NCBI GenBank assembly: GCA_004297215.1
Contig: SCUM01000001.1
Location: forward strand, 481,181-545,180
DNA: 64,000 bases
Direction: 5' to 3'
Source: Patescibacteria group bacterium
GTDB taxonomy: Bacteria > Patescibacteriota > Patescibacteriia > UBA9934 > GWF2-40-263
Each line of letters starts with the position of its first letter. Positions within the stretch are counted from its first letter, which is position 1. This document shows, one piece after another, positions 1 through 9,100 of the stretch. Both the position numbers and the translations under genes were made by a program. The notes below the pieces were generated by a model. The model had not been told where the DNA came from, searched no databases, and saw nothing but the letters and a program-made list of their open reading frames with translations.

Positions 1-512
1 AAACTTGAAGGACCAAAACTTGAAGGACCAAAGGGCTTGAAAAAGGACGAAATTTGAAGAGAAAGGCGTTTATACGACGACTTTGCCGATGATGGCACCG
101 AAAATACGAACCAGTTCCCCTGCCTCGGCGGTCAGCCGTCCTCGTTCCTTCGCAAGCACGACACTGGAACCCACATCAAGGATTCCAAGCCAATACCCGC
201 TTTCACGCGATTCCTTCTTTGCAATCTTCAAACGAAGAACGAAATCTTTCCGACTTACCCCTTCGTTCCCTTCCAAATAATTCGCCCCAATGGACCCGGA
301 CGACCGAATGAGTTGTTTGCCATCTTCCTTGTTCCAAGGATTCATCGGCAGCCGCTTCACCAACTGACGGACGTCCATGGCGAACTCAGATGTCCGCCGC
401 TCAAGATCATAAATCCTCATAACTTCTTTCTATGCTATTTCAATCCTTCGCCCTTTCACCCTTCGTCCTTTCACGTTTCCATTGGTCCTTCAAGTTTTGG
501 TTCTTCAAGTTT
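1..512. mobile_element. Low-GC MITE-like element with terminal inverted repeats, carrying a four-helix-bundle gene as cargo. Left arm 1-66 is possibly truncated by the window edge; right arm 421-512.
   Basis: 1-30 aaacttgaaggaccaaaacttgaaggacc is the reverse complement of 483-512 ggtccttcaagttttggttcttcaagtttt. Both arms match the gene-less copies at 19901-20033 and 27920-28065. The arms are AT-rich within a roughly 65% GC context. Confidence 0.6.
70..420 (-). CDS. Four-helix-bundle protein (TIGR02436 family, formerly '23S rRNA intervening-sequence protein'; Avd-like).
   Basis: 116 aa. MRIYDLERRTSEFAMDVRQLVKRLP...GYWLGILDVG matches the conserved pattern of this family. Lower GC than its neighbours. 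Confidence 0.8.
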   Translation of the reverse strand: MRIYDLERRTSEFAMDVRQLVKRLPMNPWNKEDGKQLIRSSGSIGANYLEGNEGVSRKDFVLRLKIAKKESRESGYWLGILDVGSSVVLAKERGRLTAEAGELVRIFGAIIGKVVV

Positions 513-554
513 TAAGAAAATTGGCCCCAGGAGTCCCCCGGAGCCACATCGTCG

Positions 555-2660
555 TCACGGAATCATCAGAATCAGTCCACACCCAGTGCTCGTCGGGTCG
601 TCGGACGTGTCGATGTCCACCGCTTCCCCGTCCACGTCGGCGGCGGCCGTCCCTTGCCTCGTCCCGTACAGCCCTTGCGAGGCGTCGTAGGGGCCGATGC
701 ACGACCAGCTCACGTGGCCGTCCGGCATCTCGTATTCCGCCGAGAACCGGAAGCGGTCGCCGCTCCCCACCCCGTCGAGGTCGTAGGTGACGGTCGCGGC
801 GTCGTGGACCGTCCCGAGCTCGTGGTAGAAGAAGCCGTAGCTCCCGTCCGCGAACAGGTACTCGCCGGAGAGGGTGATGCGCTGTGCGGTCGCGGAGAAC
901 GGCGTGGTCCAGGTCAGGTGGAGCGCATGAGCCGCTCCAGCATCGTCTGCTCCGTCTGCGCCTCCTCCATCGTCCTCGGTCCCGTCCGTGTCGCCGCCAT
1001 CAGGCGGAACGCCGTCAGCAGCAGGGTCATCCGATGCCGCGCCGTCGTCTCCGTCGTCGCTTTGCGGCGGTTCATCTTCGTTTCCTCCATCGTCATCTCC
1101 TTGTTCCGGCTCCGGGTCGAACTCCGCCACGCCGGGGATGACGGTCTCGTGCACGCACCCGTCCGGGTCGAACCCGAGACGCGTCGTTGGAATAAGCGCG
1201 TCCGGCTCGTACCGGACCGCCAGGTCGCCCGCGCCTTCGCACGAACGGTTGATTCCGGCAACGTCGCCGGTGATGACCACGAACCGCACCAGGTCTCCGG
1301 GCACCAGGTCGTCCACGACCGCCACGAACCCGTTCCCGACAGGCTCGAACGGATACGGCGCGTAGGCGCGGATGAGGCTCTCATCCGCGTGCGCCGTCTC
1401 GACCAGGAACCAGGTCTGGTCCGGGACGTTGCCGGGCACATAGGCGATGCCGAGCTGTCCCCCGTCGAGCGCGAGCAGCGCGTCGGGATCCGGCGACCCG
1501 TCCGGCGTCTGCTCCCCGCCGGCACCGCCATCATCGGACAGGCCGAACGCGACGGGCTCGTCGCAGGTCGAGACCCTCGCGCGCGTCACGCAGCCGAACC
1601 CGGTCGTGCAGTCCCCGAGCGGGAGCCCGGAGGCGGCGAGCGTGCCGTCAGGCACGAACCGGATGCGTGCCGGCGCATACCCGAGCATGAGCAGCGTCGG
1701 CCAGTCCGCGATGGGCATGAGCCCGCGCGGGGTCACGGCGTACACGTCGCTCCTCGACATCTCGCGCACGAGCGTGCCGGTCACGAGGCCTGGCGCCGGC
1801 GTCCAATCGAGGTCGGCGGGCGAACTGATGGTGGCGCCGACCCCGTAGCAGGCGAGCTCCTCGTCGGAGATCGTCAGCACGTCGTCGAAGTCGTAGCCGA
1901 GCGCGTAGAACGCGTTCTCGTCCACGACGTGGCGCGCTCCTCCGCCGTCCAGCTGGTACACGTGCGGGTCCGCGGGGGTCTTCACGAGCGCCCCGTCGGG
2001 ATGCCGCAGCGGCACCGCGAGGTCCGACGCATACGAGCGGCCGCCCGGGATGCCGCACACGGCGTCGCTCCCATCAAGCCGCAGGCTCGTCCCGTCCGCG
2101 CCGCGCACGAGCACGGCGGAGGGGATGCTTTCGCCGCGTTCCGCCGGGAGGGCGGCATCGCCGCGGTGCACGCCAACGTGCACGTGGTCGCCGTCGCAGG
2201 CCCCGGTGCACCCCTCGTAGCCGATGAGCGTCCCCACGGCCACTTCCTGGCCGTCGGTGACGAACGCCCGCTTGAGGTGCGCGACGAGCGCGTAGGTGCC
2301 GTCGCCAAGGTCGACGTTCACGTGGATGCCGAAGCCCGTCGCCGGGTCCTCGTCATGCACCCGGGCGATGCCGGCGATCGGCGCGTACGCCTCCTCGTCC
2401 CGGTCATTGCGCGTGTCCAGATCGAGGTCATGCCTCGTGGATCGCGCGCGGTGGCTGTGCTCCCCGTCCGTTCCTTGGGTGCACAGCATCGAGGCGCCAG
2501 CCGGGACGGGAAGGTGAAGCGCGGCGATCCCGTCCGTCGCCCCTCCCACGTCGAGGTCGGGAGGCGTTTCTTCTGCCGATCCCGTGGTCGGCGCGAGGTG
2601 ACACCCATACGCGAGGAGCGCGATGGCGAGAAGGGCGAGACAGGCGTTCGTGCCTTTCAT
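555..2660 (-). CDS. Secreted M23-family metallopeptidase with an acidic D/G-rich low-complexity region.
   Basis: Lipoprotein-type signal MKGTNACLALLAIALLAYGC at the internal Met (start 2660). HxH motif in GCTGACDGDHVHVGVH. Long run DDGGNEDEPPQSDDGDDGAASDDPAADGVPPDGGDTDGTEDDGGGADGADD. Confidence 0.75.
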   Translation of the reverse strand: MKGTNACLALLAIALLAYGCHLAPTTGSAEETPPDLDVGGATDGIAALHLPVPAGASMLCTQGTDGEHSHRARSTRHDLDLDTRNDRDEEAYAPIAGIARVHDEDPATGFGIHVNVDLGDGTYALVAHLKRAFVTDGQEVAVGTLIGYEGCTGACDGDHVHVGVHRGDAALPAERGESIPSAVLVRGADGTSLRLDGSDAVCGIPGGRSYASDLAVPLRHPDGALVKTPADPHVYQLDGGGARHVVDENAFYALGYDFDDVLTISDEELACYGVGATISSPADLDWTPAPGLVTGTLVREMSRSDVYAVTPRGLMPIADWPTLLMLGYAPARIRFVPDGTLAASGLPLGDCTTGFGCVTRARVSTCDEPVAFGLSDDGGAGGEQTPDGSPDPDALLALDGGQLGIAYVPGNVPDQTWFLVETAHADESLIRAYAPYPFEPVGNGFVAVVDDLVPGDLVRFVVITGDVAGINRSCEGAGDLAVRYEPDALIPTTRLGFDPDGCVHETVIPGVAEFDPEPEQGDDDGGNEDEPPQSDDGDDGAASDDPAADGVPPDGGDTDGTEDDGGGADGADDAGAAHALHLTWTTPFSATAQRITLSGEYLFADGSYGFFYHELGTVHDAATVTYDLDGVGSGDRFRFSAEYEMPDGHVSWSCIGPYDASQGLYGTRQGTAAADVDGEAVDIDTSDDPTSTGCGLILMIP

Positions 2661-2912
2661 CCTGATCTTCCTTTGTGAAGGTCCGCTGATGAGGCCTGCC
2701 GCGGTGTGCGACCGCCTCGCCCGGCGCGCCAGATCTTTCGCGCCGCGGCGAGAGCGTTCGACATGGCACGACCCTTGTCCCATGCCCGGTTTCCCCGACC
2801 GCCCGTCCCTTCCGCTCCGCGATGCCGCCCCGTTGGCTTCATTCGTATGCATCTACCGCCGCCGGTCGCGAGCTGGGCAGAGGATGGAAGTGGACGCGTG
2901 CGATCTTGCCTC

Positions 2913-2942
2913 CATTTCACTCGTTTTTTTCGCTCTTGTCAA
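2913..2942 (-). promoter_or_regulatory. Candidate sigma70-type promoter for the M23 peptidase gene (-35 TTGACA, -10 TGAAAT, 18-nt spacer).
   Basis: Read on the minus strand: ggTTGACAagagcgaaaaaaacgagTGAAATgg, about 250 nt upstream of start 2660, inside an AT-rich intergenic stretch. Confidence 0.3.
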
Positions 2943-2973
2943 CCATTTTTTTGCTAATTTTAGCATAAAATCG

Positions 2974-2996
2974 TGTCATGTCGATTTGACATGACA
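2974..2996. promoter_or_regulatory. Perfect 9-bp inverted repeat TGTCATGTC-n5-GACATGACA, operator-like, just upstream of the candidate -35.
   Basis: Sequence tgtcatgtcgatttgacatgaca lies between the serS terminator and the M23 promoter. Confidence 0.3.
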
Positions 2997-3004
2997 ATGC
3001 AAAA

Positions 3005-3022
3005 TACCGCCGTTTGGCGGTA
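3005..3022 (-). terminator. serS rho-independent terminator hairpin.
   Basis: taccgccgtttggcggta forms a perfect stem-loop. On the minus strand it is followed by TTTTGCATT, 27 nt after the serS stop. Confidence 0.45.
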
Positions 3023-3048
3023 CGTTGCGCGACCATCCCGTTGTCAGC

Positions 3049-4344
3049 TTAGGCGAACGTCTTGGGGTGGATAACATCCGTTCCCATCCACTGGCGCAAG
3101 ACGACGGGGACGACGACCGACCCGTCCTTGTGCTGATAATTTTCAAGGATGGCGATCAGGATGCGGCCGATGGCGAACGCGGTGCCGTTGAGCGCATGCG
3201 CGAGCCCCTTCGCCTTCCCAGCCCCCCCTGAGCCTGCCGAAGGGTCCTTGTAGCGGATGTTGAGGCGACGGGTCTGGAAGTCGGTCGTATTGCTCGTGGA
3301 ATGCGTCTCGCGATAGCGGTTCTGCCCCGGCATCCAGGTCTCGATGTCGTACGTGCGGGCGGAGGGAGCCCCGATGTCGCCCGAGCACAGCGCGACCACC
3401 TGGTACGGGAGCTTGAGCCCTTGCATGAGCCGCTCCTGAAGCGACAGGATGAGCGCGTGCTCCGCGTCGGACTCCTCCGGCTTCGTGAAACTGAACATCT
3501 CCACCTTGTCGAACTGATGCATGCGCAGGATCCCCTTCGTGTCCTTGCCGTAGCTGCCAGCCTCACGGCGGTAGCATGGAGAAATGCCCACGTAGCGCAG
3601 CGGAAGGTCCTTCGCGTCCAGCGTCTCGTCCATGAGCATGGGGCCGATTGCCTGTTCGCTGGTGCCGATGAGCACCGCGTCGTCGTTCTTCAGGTGATAC
3701 ACCTCCTCCTCGCCTCCGTGATCGAGGTATCCCATCGCCGCCATGGCCTTGGTGGAAATGATGTGCGGCGGAAGCACGGGGACGAACCCCTCTTTCATGA
3801 GCTCGGAAAGGGCGTACTGCACGAGCGCCAACTCGAGCTGCACCGCGGCGCCGGTGAAATACGCGAATCGCGCTCCGGATACCTTCGCGGCGCGTTCCAC
3901 GTCGATCATCCCGAGCGCGGTCGCGAGCTCCATGTGGTCCTTCGCTTCGAAGTCGAACGTGGTCGGCTCCATGGATGTCCGGAGAACGACATTGCCGGTC
4001 TCGTCCTTCCCCTCCGGGACGTCGGCGCGAAGGATGTTGGGATACATCCGCACCTCACGCGCGAGCTCGGCTTCGATCTGGCCGAGCTCCGCCTCAAGCG
4101 CCTTGGCCGCCTCCTTCACTTCTTTCCCTTCCGCGGCCAGCGCCGGACGGGCCTCGGCGGAGGCCGTGGGAATCGCCTCGGCGATCTCATTCCCTCGGGC
4201 GCGCAGGGCGTCGATCTTGCCGATCTTCTTCGCGCGTTCCGCGGCCAGGCGCGAGGCCATGGACACGTCGATGGGCTTGCCGCGCTTGCGGTTGTTCTCG
4301 GCCACCAGCTCCGGGTTCTCCACGATCAGTTTCGGGTCGATCAT
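3049..4344 (-). CDS. serS: Seryl-tRNA synthetase.
   Basis: Full-length class II aaRS with an N-terminal coiled-coil arm and catalytic core (…GISPCYRREAGSYGKDTKGILRMHQFDKVEMF…). Start taken at MIDPKLIV. The longer ORF-track N-terminus reads through REP palindromes. Confidence 0.9.
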   Translation of the reverse strand: MIDPKLIVENPELVAENNRKRGKPIDVSMASRLAAERAKKIGKIDALRARGNEIAEAIPTASAEARPALAAEGKEVKEAAKALEAELGQIEAELAREVRMYPNILRADVPEGKDETGNVVLRTSMEPTTFDFEAKDHMELATALGMIDVERAAKVSGARFAYFTGAAVQLELALVQYALSELMKEGFVPVLPPHIISTKAMAAMGYLDHGGEEEVYHLKNDDAVLIGTSEQAIGPMLMDETLDAKDLPLRYVGISPCYRREAGSYGKDTKGILRMHQFDKVEMFSFTKPEESDAEHALILSLQERLMQGLKLPYQVVALCSGDIGAPSARTYDIETWMPGQNRYRETHSTSNTTDFQTRRLNIRYKDPSAGSGGAGKAKGLAHALNGTAFAIGRILIAILENYQHKDGSVVVPVVLRQWMGTDVIHPKTFA

Positions 4345-4389
4345 ACGTGGACATCTTGCCGGAGAAGGGGCAGGTTGTCCAAGCCCGAA

Positions 4390-5229
4390 TCCAACACCAG
4401 GTGTTGGATTCGAAGATCGCACCCGTCCAACACCCGGTGTTGGATATTTGACTTTTCAAGGTTTTTCATATAATCTTAACTCAATCTCATTCATGACCCT
4501 CCGGTTTTCGGGGGGTTTTGCTTTTCCAACACCGGGTGTTGGACCAAACTTATGCGCGAGACGTCATTTATGAACGGAGAGTACTATCATGTCTATAACC
4601 GTGGTGTGGACAAGCGCCTCATTTTCCAGGCTGAAAGAGACCGACTGCGCTTCATGAAAGGAATCGTGGCCTTCAATGATGTCGGACGCCATGCTACCAA
4701 GTCGCTCCAACGCATCAGCCCTGTGGTACCGAGCAAAACGCCCTACGTAGAAGTGGTAGCCTACACGCTGCTACCAAACCATTATCATTTTCTTCTTCGC
4801 CAGGTCGCCGATCGTGGCGTCCCTGAATTCATGCGCCGTGTCGGGACTGGGTTCACGAAATACTTCAACCTTCGCTATCAGCGAAATGGCCGGCTATTCC
4901 AATCACCATTCCAGGCAAAACATGTGATGGATGATGGCTACTTGCTCCATCTCTCTCGGTACATTCATCTCAACGTCCTCGATCTTTCATTCCCTGAATG
5001 GCGGGATGCTGGGATTCAAGATTGGCCAGCTGCCATACGCTCGATGCGAGGCTACCTTTGGTCAAGTGCCAAGGATTATCTGGAAGGAACCAAAAGATTC
5101 TATATTCGACCTGATTCCATCCTCGAACAGTTCAAGCTCCCGGACGCATATCCCCGCTTCCTGAAAGACTGGGTCCAACACCCGGTGTTGGACCCGTAGA
5201 TGGTGCCCGTCCAACACCCGGTGTTGGAC
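4390..5229 (+). mobile_element. REP-RAYT unit: a RAYT gene flanked by 3 upstream and 2 downstream REP palindromes.
   Basis: Copies of TCCAACACC(A/C)GGTGTTGGA at 4390-4408, 4425-4444, 4525-4543, 5173-5193 and 5209-5229. The RAYT CDS is about 48% GC versus about 65% in the flanks. Confidence 0.8.
4552..5199 (+). CDS. REP-associated tyrosine transposase (RAYT; IS200/IS605 TnpA-like HUH-Y1 enzyme).
   Basis: HUH motif NHYHFLL and a downstream conserved Tyr region (YIHLN). 215 aa. An alternative start is 4570 (MNGEYYHVYNRG). The C-terminus reads into REP4. Confidence 0.8.
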   Translation: MRETSFMNGEYYHVYNRGVDKRLIFQAERDRLRFMKGIVAFNDVGRHATKSLQRISPVVPSKTPYVEVVAYTLLPNHYHFLLRQVADRGVPEFMRRVGTGFTKYFNLRYQRNGRLFQSPFQAKHVMDDGYLLHLSRYIHLNVLDLSFPEWRDAGIQDWPAAIRSMRGYLWSSAKDYLEGTKRFYIRPDSILEQFKLPDAYPRFLKDWVQHPVLDP

Positions 5230-5392
5230 GGGAGGAAAAAGGCTAACCTTCGCCCCGCTCTTGACATATCCCCATTTTTCTGGCCACCATGGAAGTGCAA
5301 GTGGGCCCACGCGGGCTGGCCCAACGCTCTTTCAAACAGCCCCAGAACCACCCGCCGCTCCCCAAAGGACGACGGGCAGAAAGGAGGGCGCC

Positions 5393-6073
5393 ATGCGTCC
5401 CTTCCTGATGATGGCGACACTCGCCGCCCTGCCCCTCTTCGGAGGGTGCCCGAACGGCAACGGCCCGGACCCGAACGAGGGCGAGGGCGAAGGTGAGGGC
5501 GAAGGTGAAGGTGAGCCCGATAGGCTGGCCTTCGACATCCAGGCACCCGATGGTGTCTCGGCATGCGACTTCTACGTGCTGCCGATCTCGACAGAGCTCG
5601 ACTACGGCACGCTCTCCGACTTCACGTCCGAGATCGAAGGGCTCGTGCCGGACTGCACGGACACGCGCACGTGCAGCATCGAGAAGGCTGGCAGCGACCC
5701 GTCGCTCTTCCACACCTACATGAGCTGCGTCAACCATCTCGCGGCGGACATCGTCGGTGAGCTGAACAACGAAGGCAACGTGGAGGTGCGCTGGCAAGAC
5801 GAAGGGATTTGCGGCCTGGCGCCTGAAGCCACCTACTCGGGACCCACCGGCACGTTCTCGGTGACGACCTACATGGATGGCGGCACGCTCATCCTCGACG
5901 GCCTGCCGATCATCGGCGCCGTGGTGACGGGTACGACCTTCACCGCCGTCTCGGAGTTCGACGCGAACCAGACCATGACGGGCGAGATCCTGGATGACGA
6001 CACCATGTCGCAGATCCACTACATGTGGTGCGACACGGTCACGTGTACCGAGGATGTCATCGACAGGCAGTAA
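5393..6073 (+). CDS. Lipoprotein with a poly(Gly-Glu) linker.
   Basis: RBS aaaggaggg precedes the start. Signal plus lipobox MRPFLMMATLAALPLFGGC. Linker EGEGEGEGEGEGEP is encoded by hexanucleotide repeats at about 5476-5514. Confidence 0.65.
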   Translation: MRPFLMMATLAALPLFGGCPNGNGPDPNEGEGEGEGEGEGEPDRLAFDIQAPDGVSACDFYVLPISTELDYGTLSDFTSEIEGLVPDCTDTRTCSIEKAGSDPSLFHTYMSCVNHLAADIVGELNNEGNVEVRWQDEGICGLAPEATYSGPTGTFSVTTYMDGGTLILDGLPIIGAVVTGTTFTAVSEFDANQTMTGEILDDDTMSQIHYMWCDTVTCTEDVIDRQ

Positions 6074-6077
6074 CGCA

Positions 6078-6108
6078 ACTGGCACAGCAGAAGCTGTGCC
6101 AGTTTTTT
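6078..6108 (+). terminator. Rho-independent terminator after the lipoprotein gene.
   Basis: actggcacagcagaagctgtgccagt followed by tttttt. Confidence 0.6.
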
Positions 6109-6123
6109 CATTAGGCGACCGCG

Positions 6124-9100
6124 TTAAGGCTGCACGATAACGTATCCATTGTAATTGACCCATGGATTATCATCCGGGCAGCCGGTACCACCAGGGCACT
6201 GCAAGGGACGGCACTCATTTTGACTAAGGCCACCCTGACTCTCACCGTCGTAACACTTATCCGATGCATCAACGCCACCGGGACAGACGCCTGTGCAATA
6301 TCCCCAATTATCCTTCACGAACACGCGGGGCTGGAACACGCAGGCGCCGCCGGCCTCTGGCACCTGGCCGCCCGTGCAGGGGGCGTTCAGCAGGCGGCCG
6401 TTATCCGGATCGATGCGGCAGGTGCGACCGGCGGTTTCCAGGTCGGCCACGAGCGTCGCGCTGCAGCGGTAGTCGTGAGAGTAGGATCTGTACGTAGAAT
6501 CGCATGCCCGCGGAGTGAGGCCGAAGTTTGCCGGGCTGCTCCCGCCGCAGATGGGTTCGCCGTCGCGCGTAGCGCCGCGGTGGTTCTTGTAGAAGTTCCC
6601 GTCGTCGGTGGAACCGCTCTGGCTGTCGGTGGGCCAGTCGGCAGGCCCGTTCCCAGGTCCAGGATGTCCGTCGCCCCAGTCCACCACGATGTTCTTGATG
6701 GGCATCTGGTTGGAATTCGCGTACGTATAGAAGCTCACGGCCACGTGCTGCCGGCCGTCGATGCCCTTCACGTTGCCGCCCGCGAGTTCGTTCACCGTGA
6801 AGGTGCCGGGCGACCCTTCTTCGCACGTGCTTCCCTCGCATTTCTCCACGGACGTCACGACGGGGACGGTGCCGGACTTATTCGAAAGGTCCAGATCATC
6901 CGACGTCGGGACGTATGCGCCGCCCGTTTCCCCGTCCGGATCGTCCTCAAAATCGTACTGGAATCGGTTGAACACCTTCGTGAAGAACCGCGAGATGCCG
7001 CTCTGCACGCTCACGCCGAATCCCGTAAGGCCGTTGTCAGGCGTCGGTGCGGCCGGATCGCTGCTCCCGACCGCCGCCAAACCCGCAAGCGTGGCCGACA
7101 CCTCGCCATTTACCGCCTTCCGCTCGTCGCCGCTGCCATCGACCGCATCCAAATCCTCGAACGGCCGCGCGAGCGCGAACGGGAGCATCCCTTCCTTCAG
7201 CGCCGGACCCTGCGCGTACTCCCCTTCGCCTGGATATGTGCGCGCGCCCGCAGAGCAGGCGTCGGCCAATGCGGTCTCGTCCCCGACATTCAAACCGATC
7301 GTGCCTATTCCCCCTCCGGTTCCCGCCCCATCATCGTCCGCGCACACCGGCAGCGGCCAGCTATCGCTCCCGACGACGTTTCGAGCCATCGCGAATTCGC
7401 CCGTATCGGGATCGCGCACGAACATCTCGTCCAGCAATGCGCGGCCGGCCGGGGTGGGGATCGTCTCCGGCCCGTACGGGAACGCTTGCCCGCCGTACGC
7501 GTACGATGACGTGAATCCGCTGTCACTCCAGAGGTTGTCGGTCTGCGCCTTGTTATCGAGCCCCTTGCTGCCGGTGCCTGTGACCTGCACGAGCTCCTGA
7601 CAGGCGTAGTAGGGATAGACGCTTCCGGTGACGAACGGCCCGTCGGACACGCATTCGTTCGCGTCGGAGAGGTCATCCACCGCCGAAGAGCCCAGGCAGA
7701 TTGTCATGCAGATCCCGAAGGATGTCCCGCCCACCACGTACGCGGCCGGGTTGCTCGCACAGCTCGCAAGGCAGTCTGCGAGATTGTCCGTTGCGGCTCC
7801 TGTGCCCTCGATCCGGCAATCATCCTTCACGGCGCAGCGTTTGCCAGTGAGGTCGCAGTGCTTCACCTTCGCGCCCGGGGCGCGATGGGCGATCCCGTAG
7901 GATCCTTGCGGGTCATTTTGCAGTCTTTCGTCATTGTTGTTGTCATCCTTGGGCGTCCCGTTGTCCGTCTGCACCCACCCGTACCCTCCCGGTCCCCACC
8001 CGCGGCCAGGCATCCCGTCGAACGTGCGGATCCAGATCGGGTCATAGCCGGTGCCTGGCGTCATGGGCACGCCGCGCACCGAGCAGTCCGCGAGATATTG
8101 GAAATCCGACACGCTCCCCGGGCCATTTGCGATGTCCCCAAGGCCGTACACAGGCGTCTCGAACACGGACGTACCTAGCTTGGAATAATGCGCGAGGCAA
8201 TCTTCTCCCGGGTTCGCCCCCGCCGCATGGTGAGAATTTTGGGGGATGCAGATGTACGGGCAGTCATCCGTGGGGCGCGTCTCGCTCACGGCTAACGGAT
8301 CAGGGATGCGCGGCTGATCGAAATCCGATGCGTTGTTCCCCGCTTTGCAGAATGTGCCTTTGTCTTTGGTCTCATCCGAACTCCCACCGTTCCCTTTCTC
8401 GTCGCTGTCGCAATAACCAAGCATGGCCACATACCCGTCCGGACAGAACGCGTTGCGGATGCAGCCGGTGTCATCGTTATTTTTTTGCGGAGAGTGGGAA
8501 TCATTCTTTTCCCCGTATGAACCAAAGTCGCAATAGCCGCCTGGCCCGGCTTCCGCATCGGACGCTGCGCACGCATAATCCACGCTCCGTGTATCAGGGT
8601 CGGGCGAAGTCGGAAGGCCTGTCGTAGAATCCAATTGCACGCCCAACGGCCACAAATCCGCATACACCGCCGTCTCCGCGCAGTAGTAGATTTCCCCGGT
8701 GGCGTCGGCCGGGCGCTCGAAGCCAGCTTCGATGGACTTGCCGAACAGGTCGGTGGCGCCGGAGAGCTGGTCCACGGGGAGCCAGGTGAGGCAAGAACGG
8801 TCGCTGGGATCCTGGCTTCCGAACAGCTGGAACGAGGAGTCGCGCTCGAGACAGTACCCTTCCCACCCGAGCAGGGTATCCTCGGCCGTGCGCTTGGAGC
8901 AGCTGCCCGGACGGAATCCGGCGCTCACGGGGTTTTCGGACGTCGGCGGAGTGCCGGAATCGCAATCGGCGTCGTATTCGCATTCCATCCCTTTCTTCTC
9001 CGGGTTGGTGCACACGCCCGTGGGCGGCGCATCGGCGCGATCCGTGCCGTAATACCTGGTGATGGCCCCGTCGCCGTACGTCACCTTCTGGTACGAACAC

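Noticed and set aside
654-2678. 674-aa plus-strand ORF antisense to the M23 peptidase gene.
   Set aside because: Arg/Pro/Gly-rich shadow ORF of the kind expected opposite a real gene in 65% GC DNA; no motifs; the minus-strand gene has a signal peptide and HxH motif.
3301-4473. 390-aa plus-strand ORF overlapping serS.
   Set aside because: Antisense shadow of a clearly conserved aaRS; low-complexity translation.
5476-5514. Hexanucleotide GAGGGC/GAAGGT tandem repeats (also at 37968-38003), considered as possible CRISPR-like or minisatellite arrays.
   Set aside because: They lie inside coding sequence, encoding (GE)n linkers; no spacer/repeat architecture; not CRISPR.
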